Shown here: one piece after another, positions 17,584 through 23,643 of the stretch
Layout of the letters: every line of letters begins with the position of its first letter
Position numbering within the stretch: the stretch's first letter is position 1
From: Eubacteriales bacterium
GTDB lineage: Bacteria > Bacillota > Clostridia > Oscillospirales > CAG-272
Assembly: GCA_045547015.1 (NCBI GenBank)
Contig: JAZQDY010000212.1
Location: forward strand, 1 to 34,147
Direction: 5' to 3'
Length of the DNA: 34,147 bases
Made by a program: the position numbers and the translations under genes
The notes under the pieces: model-generated
The model's database searches: none
What the model saw: only the letters and a program-made list of their open reading frames with translations
Told to the model about the DNA's origin: nothing

Positions 17584-17612
17584 TTGACAAAAGTGTACCG
17601 CTGTGCTATAAT
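17584..17612 (+). promoter_or_regulatory. consensus sigma-70 promoter for tRNA-Val
   Basis: TTGACA (17584-17589), a 17-nt spacer, then TATAAT (17607-17612). It lies about 18 nt upstream of the tRNA 5' end. Confidence 0.6.
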
Positions 17613-17629
17613 GGATAAGCAAAATCCAC

Positions 17630-17706
17630 GGAGGCATAGCTCAGCTGGTTAGAGTACTTGCTTGACATGCAAGGGGTCACTGGTTCGATCCCAGTTGTCT
17701 CCACCA
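17630..17706 (+). tRNA. tRNA-Val (anticodon GAC), CCA encoded
   Basis: A hand-folded cloverleaf fits. The acceptor stem is GGAGGCA/TGTCTCC with one G-U pair. The D arm is GCTC..GAGT. The anticodon stem is CTTGC/GCAAG with loop TTGACAT. The T arm is ACTGG-TTCGATC-CCAGT, followed by a discriminator A and CCA. Confidence 0.9.
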
Positions 17707-17713
17707 AAAACGG

Positions 17714-17747
17714 AAAAGAGCCTGTAAATACAGGCTCTTTTGTTTTT
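17714..17747 (+). terminator. intrinsic terminator after the tRNA
   Basis: AAAGAGCCTG pairs with CAGGCTCTTT around loop TAAATA, followed by TGTTTTTG. Confidence 0.7.
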
Positions 17748-17748
17748 G

Positions 17749-17790
17749 TTTACACGATTTTTACACGATTTTGAGGCTTTACACGATTTT
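17749..17790. repeat. three direct copies of TTACACGATTTT at the tRNA/integrase junction
   Basis: The copies start at about 17750, 17761 and 17779. The third contains the integrase stop codon (AAAATCGTGTAA on the minus strand). Confidence 0.7.
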
Positions 17791-18885
17791 ATTCAGTATT
17801 GCAACGGCGCGTTCTTCTTCCCGGGGGTACAAATGGGAGTAGGTATTCCAGGTGATTTCCACTTTACTGTGACCAAGACGGCGGGCCACTTCCTGGATGC
17901 TGATTCCCTCGTTTACGAGGAGAGAGGCATGTGTGTGACGGAAATCGTGTATGCGGATATGAGGGAGTCCGGCAGCGGCGGAGTATGCTTTGTTTTTGTT
18001 TTCGATGCTGGAATCGCGGAGAACAGAGGATCCGCCGCATACGCGGTAATCTTCGGTGAAGCGGCTGTCCTTCTGTTGCCGTTGCTTGTGGGTGTGGAGG
18101 ATCTCCATCAGCGGGAGCGGGATCTGCAGATCGCGGTAGGAACTTTTATTCTTTGGCGGGGTTTCTATATCGCCGCCTTTCAGTTTCTGCGCGATGCTCC
18201 GGCGGACGTGCAGCGTGGTACCTTCGATGTCGCTCCATTTGAGGGCGTTGATCTCCCCTTTGCGCATTCCCGTGTAGAATGCAATGGAGAAGAAGACATA
18301 ATATGGCCAGTCGCCGGATTCCCGGGCGACGGCAGAAAATTCCTTGTACTGCTCGGCGGTGTAGTATTTCAATTTCTCAGCGGGCTTTTCAAAATACACG
18401 TCCTGAAACGTGCCGACAGATTTCAATGGATTGCGGCGGATGCGTTCCAGTTTTACCGCCCAGTTGAGCATGGAATTGAGTTCTTTGTACACATTCCGTT
18501 TTGTTGTGAGTGCCAGCTCCAATTCACCTACATCGTTTTTCCACTTTTGCAGGCGCTGCGGGGTGAGATGCTCCAGACGGACGGATCCGATTCGGGGAAG
18601 AATATGTGTTTCCAGCACATTTCTGGACTTATCCCACGAGGTGGCGCGGACAGACTGCTTCTTTGCGGCCATATAGTCATCATAGAGTTCCCTTACGGTA
18701 ATTCGTTCCGTGGGGGATTTTTCTTTTATATCGGAAAGGAGTTTTGCTTCCAGCTGTTTGGCGGAATCCTTACCGTAGGCGATGCGATCGAGCTGCTTTG
18801 CGTTTCCGCTTGCATCTGTGTAGTTGATACGTACTCGGTACTGCTGCAGACCGTCCTTTTTCCCGGACATTTTGTAGATCGGCAT
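17779..18885 (-). CDS. int: tyrosine-type site-specific integrase (phage integrase family)
   Basis: The arm-binding-like N-terminus reads MPIYKMSGKKDGLQQYRVRINYTD. The catalytic region reads GMRKGEINALKW...HDFRHTHASLLV...LGHSKVEITWNTYSHLY. The start is trimmed to the ATG at 18885, after AAGGAG. Confidence 0.93.
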   Translation of the reverse strand: MPIYKMSGKKDGLQQYRVRINYTDASGNAKQLDRIAYGKDSAKQLEAKLLSDIKEKSPTERITVRELYDDYMAAKKQSVRATSWDKSRNVLETHILPRIGSVRLEHLTPQRLQKWKNDVGELELALTTKRNVYKELNSMLNWAVKLERIRRNPLKSVGTFQDVYFEKPAEKLKYYTAEQYKEFSAVARESGDWPYYVFFSIAFYTGMRKGEINALKWSDIEGTTLHVRRSIAQKLKGGDIETPPKNKSSYRDLQIPLPLMEILHTHKQRQQKDSRFTEDYRVCGGSSVLRDSSIENKNKAYSAAAGLPHIRIHDFRHTHASLLVNEGISIQEVARRLGHSKVEITWNTYSHLYPREEERAVAILNKIV

Positions 18886-19009
18886 GTTGCGGCTCCTTTT
18901 TCGATAATATGTGTGTAGTTTGTCTTTGTAAATAAGGGTTTGTATTATGTATCGTTGTAATAGCGGATTTATATGAGGAAATTTGCTATTAAAAAAGTGA
19001 GTTTTTGTA

Positions 19010-19060
19010 TTGACAAAAGTTGTACGAAGTGATAAAATGTAGTATAACAAATATGTTATA
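19010..19060 (+). promoter_or_regulatory. promoter plus palindromic operator upstream of the toxin-antitoxin-chaperone operon
   Basis: TTGACA (19010-19015), a 17-nt spacer, then TAAAAT (19033-19038). The 18-bp palindrome TATAACA-AATA-TGTTATA (19043-19060) follows immediately. Confidence 0.5.
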
Positions 19061-19097
19061 TTTGAATATCATATAGAAAGAGGGGAGACGATAATCT

Positions 19098-19463
19098 TTG
19101 TACAAGGTTGAGGTATATAAAACAGCGGCAGGAAATGCCCCGGTCAAAGAATACATGCAGGACATTTTGGTAAAACGTCATGGCGTAACTGAACATGCAA
19201 AAGTTAGTTTGTTTATCGAGCGTTTAGAAGAGTACGGGCTGGAGATAAATAAACATTACCCCAGATCCATGAAATATCTTAGGGACGGAGTGTATGAGCT
19301 TCGTCCGGGTGATAACCGCGTATTGTTTTTCTATTGGAGTAGTGAAGGGTACTTCGTCCTGTTGCACTGTTTCAAAAAGAAAAGACAAACGACCCCGCCG
19401 AGAGAAATAGACCAGGCGATAAAAGAGTATAAAGATCATATAAGGAGGAACGGCAATGGCTAA
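19098..19463 (+). CDS. type II toxin, RelE/ParE superfamily, phage Gp49 / HigB-like
   Basis: The sequence MYKVEVYKTAAGNAPVKEYM...YLRDGVYELRPGDNRVLFFYW..GYFVLLHCFKKKRQTTPPREIDQA matches the Gp49-like addiction-module toxin pattern. The start is TTG. It overlaps the next gene by 8 nt. Confidence 0.85.
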   Translation: MYKVEVYKTAAGNAPVKEYMQDILVKRHGVTEHAKVSLFIERLEEYGLEINKHYPRSMKYLRDGVYELRPGDNRVLFFYWSSEGYFVLLHCFKKKRQTTPPREIDQAIKEYKDHIRRNGNG

Positions 19464-19863
19464 GTACACAGTAGATGAAATGTTTAACGAACTGAAAGAA
19501 GATCCACGTTATAGAAAACCAGTTGAGGTTTCTGCAACAGTGTGCCGCATAATTGGGGATATTTCAAAGGCACGGGTAAAGAATAACCTATCTCAAAAGG
19601 AGTTGGCAGAGCTCTGCGGAATGAAGCAGTCTGCTATCGCACGAATTGAAAATATGCACAGCATTCCAAGATTAGATACACTTGCGCGAATTGCTCATGA
19701 AGTAGGAGTAGATATTCATTCATCTGTGTGTGAAACAAAATGTGTAAGAATGCGTATAGGTGCTGTAGAGAAACAGCGTATTGAAACTGCTGCAAAACAG
19801 CAATATCTTTCAAAATCAAAGTATAAATGGCAGCTGGGAGCAGTTTGTGCTATAATCAAATAA
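19456..19863 (+). CDS. XRE-family HTH antitoxin (HigA-like) with a roughly 45-aa C-terminal extension
   Basis: The HTH reads LSQKELAELCGMKQSAIARIENMHSIPRLDTLARIAHEVGVDI. The gene is translationally coupled to the toxin. The tail after the HTH reads SSVCETKCVRMRIGAVEKQRIETAAKQQYLSKSKYKWQLGAVCAIIK. Confidence 0.85.
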   Translation: MAKYTVDEMFNELKEDPRYRKPVEVSATVCRIIGDISKARVKNNLSQKELAELCGMKQSAIARIENMHSIPRLDTLARIAHEVGVDIHSSVCETKCVRMRIGAVEKQRIETAAKQQYLSKSKYKWQLGAVCAIIK

Positions 19864-19943
19864 AGATTGACCATGTTTAATTGGTGCTATTAAATTTTTT
19901 TGGATATAATGTGTCGGTTGATTTAGAAAATTAGGAGTAATAT

Positions 19944-20342
19944 ATGAGTGTTTTTTCAAATATAGAGATAATTACTAATGAAGTTAAAATGACAAACCAT
20001 CAAATGCCTGCTGGGGAATATGAGTTAATACCTACGTTTTCACGCAAGATAGGGAGATTGGCTGGGAATAAATGCTTTACCGAATTGAGTGTTGCGATCA
20101 CCAACACCGAGGAACATCCATTTCCGATTGATCTATATGTACGCATGACCGCTGTATTTTCGATTGATAACATTCCGTCAGAAGATGTTGACAATTTCTT
20201 GGAGATCGATGGAGTGGCTATTCTATACCCATATTTACGATCACTAATTTCATCCGTTGCTGCAAGTGCTTTAATGCCGCCGCTCGTTCTTCCTGTACTT
20301 GACATGGAACTGCTTTTTGAGGATAAAGATTCAGAATCATGA
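19944..20342 (+). CDS. SecB-like chaperone
   Basis: The C-terminal two thirds, DLYVRMTAVFSIDNIPSEDVDNFLEIDGVAILYPYLRSLISSVAASALMPPLVLPVLDMELLF, align by eye to E. coli SecB [63 protein letters not shown]. The RBS is AGGAG. Confidence 0.72.
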   Translation: MSVFSNIEIITNEVKMTNHQMPAGEYELIPTFSRKIGRLAGNKCFTELSVAITNTEEHPFPIDLYVRMTAVFSIDNIPSEDVDNFLEIDGVAILYPYLRSLISSVAASALMPPLVLPVLDMELLFEDKDSES

Positions 20343-20360
20343 CACAATATTAGATTAATG

Positions 20361-20391
20361 CGCCGCCCTTGTAATGGGGCGGCGTTTTTTT
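20361..20391 (+). terminator. intrinsic terminator after the SecB-like gene
   Basis: CGCCGCCC pairs with GGGCGGCG around loop TTGTAATG, followed by TTTTTTT. Confidence 0.75.
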
Positions 20392-20441
20392 GTTGAATTT
20401 TTATGGTTGCCTTTGAAATTGAGACCGGATTTTTGGGTGGG

Positions 20442-22238
20442 TTAATTGGAAATCCATTTGTGAGCGCGCCGGAAGCCGAGGGACTCCGCTTCTGCTACGG
20501 TCATGCAGTATCCTTCGCCTTTCTTTTTATCGATAATAACGCGGTCGTACTGCTGATCGAATGGAAGATGATAAATCTTTTCACCGTTCTTGCCAATGTT
20601 ACATTTTATTTTGGGATAAGGTTTTAACGGGAGATCTTCCCGAACGGTTACATGTAATTCGCGGGCAACTGCATTGGCACACTCGGAGAGGGCAGTGGTT
20701 GTTACAAATAAAGGAATAACGGTTTCTTGTGGGTGATCTATTCGATACAGGATAGTGGATCCATAAAGTTGGAATATGTGCTTTTCGTGGATGGTCTTAT
20801 GCTTATCCCAGCGTTTGCACTGTATTACGTAAACCCTGCCGTCTTTTTTTGCAATGATGTCACGTCCCATGTCGTCGTATCCATCCAGAGCACCACGATA
20901 TTCCACGTCAAAGTCGTGGCTTTCATACACCCATCCAACGTATCGTTCGTACATAATACCGGCCTCCCAAGCGGAGCGGGCGCGTGACTCATAGCGATCC
21001 AACGCAAGCTGGTATTTCTCAACGGTGGAGAGATTGGCGTATTCGGTGGCTGAAATCCAATCCTTCAGACTGTCCCATTCGGTGTCGCCCGTTGGCTCTG
21101 CCAGCATTTCTTTGGTGGGCGGGTCAGTGATGAAATCTTCCAGCCAGGGGAAAGTGTGGGTAAGATAGGATAACTGGCTTTCAAGCATCTTTGCCTTGAA
21201 GGTGGCATCTCGCTTCTCTTTGCTGATCCGTTTTAACTCATCCTTTTTTGTGGTTCGCGGAATTGCATCAATGCGCTTATTGTCGATGGTTTTATAATAT
21301 TCCGCTATGCGTTCTGCGAGCCACGGACTGCTTTGAGAGCGGGTGTTTACGATCTTCTGTATATCAGAGCGTTCGCGGTCGATCTCGGATTTGAGCTTGG
21401 TGCATTGGGTGAGCTCGGAACGTAGTGCTTCGTGGTTGGGTAAGAGAAAAATGCCGAGTTCCAGTGCGAGGGTGTACATGTGTTTGCAAGGTTTGCCTTG
21501 GGTGTTGTATTTGAAATCGGGACAGGTACAGGAAGTGAGCGTGGTTTCGTACTCCGTGCCGTCTTTCGCTGAAATGTATTTGGCACGGGTGAGAATGTCA
21601 GAATGATGTATGCCTTCAGCGAAGGCGTGGTGCAAACGAGTGCAGTCTACATCTTTGCTCCAAGTGTATTCTGATTGGTTTTTTGGAAGGAGAGCACGGC
21701 TCAACTGTTTAGTGTTTGACACCCAGTTTTTAAGATTATTGTAATCGACAGATAATGTACGGAAATTTTCTTGTAGTTTTTGCAATTCCTGCTTGAACTC
21801 TTCGCGTTCTCTGTAAAGCGTAACATTGTGTGAAGAAAAATAATCGTTTCGGCTATTCAATCTTTGTTCAAGTTCGCTTTTGTCGGCGATGAGTAATTCT
21901 ATGCGATTAGTTAAACGAAGAATCTCAGCATTTTTTTCATCAAGAAGATACATCTGTTCTTCGATAATTCGTTTATCATCGGGTGAGCAAGGGGCTTGCT
22001 GAATAATGTTGTGGTACTCCTCAGAGTGTGTTTCACTGGCTTTAAGCAACGCATCATGCGATTTCTTTAAGGAGGAATATTCAGATTCAAGTTTACGTAC
22101 CCTTGGGGCGTCTTGCTCAAATTGTTGCAATCTCTTGTAGCCATCGTAACTTCTGGAAATCCAACAAAAAAAGGAAAATAGAAGAATTAAGCCAACAGGA
22201 AGGGAGAGCACGAAAACAATAACCATCCATTCCGGCAC
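20442..22238 (-). CDS. membrane-anchored coiled-coil protein with a SWIM zinc finger, a Mrr-like PD-(D/E)xK nuclease domain and a C-terminal sunset-like motif
   Basis: The protein is 598 aa.
- TM helix, aa 4-27: WMVIVFVLSLPVGLILLFSFFCWI.
- Heptad-rich region, about aa 35-180.
- SWIM CxCx11CxH: SCTCPDFKYNTQGKPCKHMY, aa 236-254.
- Mrr_cat-like core: YERYVGWVYE...DDMGRDIIAKKDGRVYVIQCKRW.
- C-terminus: IKCNIGKNGEKIYHLPFDQQYD...VAEAESLGFRRAHKW.
The GTG start lies 7 nt after the repressor stop. Confidence 0.8.
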   Translation of the reverse strand: MPEWMVIVFVLSLPVGLILLFSFFCWISRSYDGYKRLQQFEQDAPRVRKLESEYSSLKKSHDALLKASETHSEEYHNIIQQAPCSPDDKRIIEEQMYLLDEKNAEILRLTNRIELLIADKSELEQRLNSRNDYFSSHNVTLYREREEFKQELQKLQENFRTLSVDYNNLKNWVSNTKQLSRALLPKNQSEYTWSKDVDCTRLHHAFAEGIHHSDILTRAKYISAKDGTEYETTLTSCTCPDFKYNTQGKPCKHMYTLALELGIFLLPNHEALRSELTQCTKLKSEIDRERSDIQKIVNTRSQSSPWLAERIAEYYKTIDNKRIDAIPRTTKKDELKRISKEKRDATFKAKMLESQLSYLTHTFPWLEDFITDPPTKEMLAEPTGDTEWDSLKDWISATEYANLSTVEKYQLALDRYESRARSAWEAGIMYERYVGWVYESHDFDVEYRGALDGYDDMGRDIIAKKDGRVYVIQCKRWDKHKTIHEKHIFQLYGSTILYRIDHPQETVIPLFVTTTALSECANAVARELHVTVREDLPLKPYPKIKCNIGKNGEKIYHLPFDQQYDRVIIDKKKGEGYCMTVAEAESLGFRRAHKWISN

Positions 22239-22245
22239 AACACTC

Positions 22246-22872
22246 TCACCTTACCTTACTCAAAAATGCAACAGCCAGTCCGATGATCCGGATGTTCTTG
22301 GCGTCCTTGGCCGTGTATATCTGCGGCTTGATCGCCGGGTTCTCGGCCTGCAGGATCATGCTGTCGCCGTCACGGTACACCCGCTTCAGCGTGGCTTCGT
22401 CGTCTACGAGTACCGCCGCGATCTGTCCGTCGTCTACGTCGTCCTGCTGCTTGATATACACCAGATCGCCATCGTAGATCCGGGCACCGATCATGCTGTC
22501 ACCTTTGCAGCGGAGGCAGAAATCGGCGGTGATGTGAGAGGGAACAGTGACGGTCTGCTCCACGTTCTCCGTGGCGAGAATAGGCGTACCGCAGGCGATG
22601 TCGCCCAGCAGCGGAATCTCGTACGTCTCCGGGAGAGGGAGAATGTTTGCGGCGGCGGGGGAGTTCCTTGTGTTTGGGGAAGTTCTGCCGAGAAGAAAAT
22701 CGACGGTAACGCCGAAATGTTCAGAAATGCTTGTCAGAATTTCCATAGAAGGCATAGTTCCGGTTTCATACTTACCAACGGAGGATCGCTCTACGCCAAT
22801 GATTGTAGCGAGTTGTTCTTGCGTTAATTTGTGTCGCTTGCGAAGAGTTTTTAAATTCTCGGCGAGTGTCAT
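22246..22872 (-). CDS. CI/LexA-like phage repressor (XRE HTH plus S24 peptidase domain)
   Basis: The HTH reads MTLAENLKTLRKRHKLTQEQLATIIGVERSSVGKYETG. The S24 domain reads CKGDSMIGARIYDGDLVYIKQQ...GQIAAVLVDDEATLKRV, with the Ser/Lys dyad. The start is trimmed to the ATG at 22872. Confidence 0.9.
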   Translation of the reverse strand: MTLAENLKTLRKRHKLTQEQLATIIGVERSSVGKYETGTMPSMEILTSISEHFGVTVDFLLGRTSPNTRNSPAAANILPLPETYEIPLLGDIACGTPILATENVEQTVTVPSHITADFCLRCKGDSMIGARIYDGDLVYIKQQDDVDDGQIAAVLVDDEATLKRVYRDGDSMILQAENPAIKPQIYTAKDAKNIRIIGLAVAFLSKVR

Positions 22873-22893
22873 AATGTCACCCCTTTCGAAATA

Positions 22894-22995
22894 ATTATAG
22901 TGAATAAAATTCACTAAGTCAACATATTCTGAAAGAAATTCACAAAAACTATTGACAAGACACATGAATAGCAGTATAATGTGAATGTAATTCAG
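22894..22995. promoter_or_regulatory. divergent lysis-lysogeny switch region: two face-to-back promoters and three operator-like 15-mers
   Basis: Rightward promoter: TTGACA (22952-22957), 17 nt, TATAAT (22975-22980). Leftward promoter: TTGACT (rc of 22917-22922), 17 nt, TATAAT (rc of 22894-22899).
Operators:
- O1: GTGAATAAAATTCAC, 22900-22914
- O2: CTGAAAGAAATTCAC, 22929-22943
- O3: GTGAATGTAATTCAG, 22981-22995. Confidence 0.6.
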
Positions 22996-23026
22996 AAAAA
23001 CAAAGCAAAATGTGAAAGGAGAATGT

Positions 23027-23236
23027 ATGAATATCTTTCAATCAATGAGAAAAGAAGCCGGGATCAGTCAGGCAATGCTTGCAGACAGAGTTGGTGTTGA
23101 GAGATCAACTGTAGCAAAATGGGAGACAGGAACAAGCCTGCCCCGGGCAGATCTTCTGCCGAAGCTGGCGGACGTGCTGGGCTGCACGGTGGACGAATTG
23201 CTCCGTCAGCCGGAACAAAAAGAAACTCCCGCCTGA
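23027..23236 (+). CDS. Cro-like XRE-family HTH regulator
   Basis: MNIFQSMRKEAGISQAMLADRVGVERSTVAKWETGTSLPRADLLPKLADVLGCTVDELL. The RBS AAAGGAG lies upstream of the ATG at 23027. The gene is divergent from the repressor. Confidence 0.85.
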   Translation: MNIFQSMRKEAGISQAMLADRVGVERSTVAKWETGTSLPRADLLPKLADVLGCTVDELLRQPEQKETPA

Positions 23237-23252
23237 TGCGGGAGAGGGAGGA
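23215..23252 (-). repeat. copy 1 of a thrice-repeated hairpin element (minus-strand intrinsic terminator; the plus strand reads hairpin plus AGGGAGG)
   Basis: The sequence is CAAAAAGAAA-CTCCCGC-CTGAT-GCGGGAG-AGGGAGG. On the minus strand the 7-bp GC stem is followed by TTTCTTTTTG. The cro stop codon lies in the loop. Confidence 0.7.
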
Positions 23253-23271
23253 AGGGTGTATGAATTGTCCA

Positions 23272-23309
23272 GAAAAAGGAGCAGCACCCCCGGATGGACA
23301 GGGGTGCTG
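23272..23309 (-). terminator. minus-strand intrinsic terminator
   Basis: The 9-bp stem pairs CAGCACCCC (23282-23290) with GGGGTGCTG (23301-23309). On the minus strand it is followed by CTCCTTTTTCT. There is no T-run on the plus strand. Confidence 0.6.
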
Positions 23310-23418
23310 GCAAAAGATGGGGAGCGAGATAAATGGCTGATTTATCTCGTGATTAGACAGCGGTTAGGCGTCCGCTGACGCAAAGATTTGGATCGCGAAG
23401 CGATTCGGAATCTATAGC
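23272..23418 (-). ncRNA. candidate small RNA of about 147 nt (ORF-less transcription unit), antisense to the post-cro early transcript
   Basis: The unit is bounded by a consensus leftward promoter (23425-23453) and the terminator at 23272-23309. I saw no ATG in the interval. Internal stems are GAGATAAAT/ATTTATCTC (23326-23348) and CAGCGG/CCGCTG. The 5' end is complementary to the SD/start region of the upstream 27-aa ORF. Confidence 0.45.
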
Positions 23419-23424
23419 AAGGTC

Positions 23425-23453
23425 ATTATAGCAAAAATCAAGCATTTTGTCAA
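23425..23453 (-). promoter_or_regulatory. consensus leftward promoter with an extended -10
   Basis: The minus strand reads TTGACA (rc of 23448-23453), 17 nt, then TGcTATAAT (rc of 23425-23433). Confidence 0.6.
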
Positions 23454-23559
23454 TACTCAAGCGAAAGAATCCGGCGTACTACACCAAGCATGAGCGATTG
23501 TGAAAACGGCGGCGCCTAATCCGTGCCTCAACTCGCACGCCGGAAGACGGGGCTATGTC

Positions 23560-23643
23560 TTACTTGCGCTTGCTGTTACAGTATACGCTGTACATAAGGC
23601 CAGCGAATGCGATTGCAATCTGGATAATGCTATAGATGTCCAT
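23560..23643 (-). CDS. 27-aa hydrophobic peptide, type I toxin-like or holin-like (candidate)
   Basis: The peptide is MDIYSIIQIAIAFAGLMYSVYCNSKRK: one TM-length hydrophobic stretch plus a basic tail. AAAGGA lies 11 nt upstream of the ATG. An extended -10 promoter, TGCTATACT (rc of 23688-23696), has TTGCTT 17 nt upstream. The ORF is below the length cutoff of the ORF track. Confidence 0.35.
   Translation of the reverse strand: MDIYSIIQIAIAFAGLMYSVYCNSKRK

Noticed and set aside
17740-18918. A 392-aa ORF on the plus strand opposite the integrase.
   Set aside because: It is antisense to an integrase with all the catalytic motifs. Reading it as coding would leave the tRNA-adjacent element without an integrase.
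20403-20627. A 74-aa plus-strand ORF at the 3' end of the nuclease-like gene.
   Set aside because: It is antisense to the conserved sunset-like C-terminus of the 598-aa protein and starts inside the terminator region. It has no RBS.
23259-23340. A 26-aa plus-strand ORF (MNCPEKGAAPPDGQGCWQKMGSEING) after repeat copy 1, with a good SD.
   Set aside because: It is too short, is rich in Gly and Pro, and lies entirely over the predicted leftward sRNA and its terminator. I could not support it as a gene. It might still be translated as a by-product of the repeated SD.
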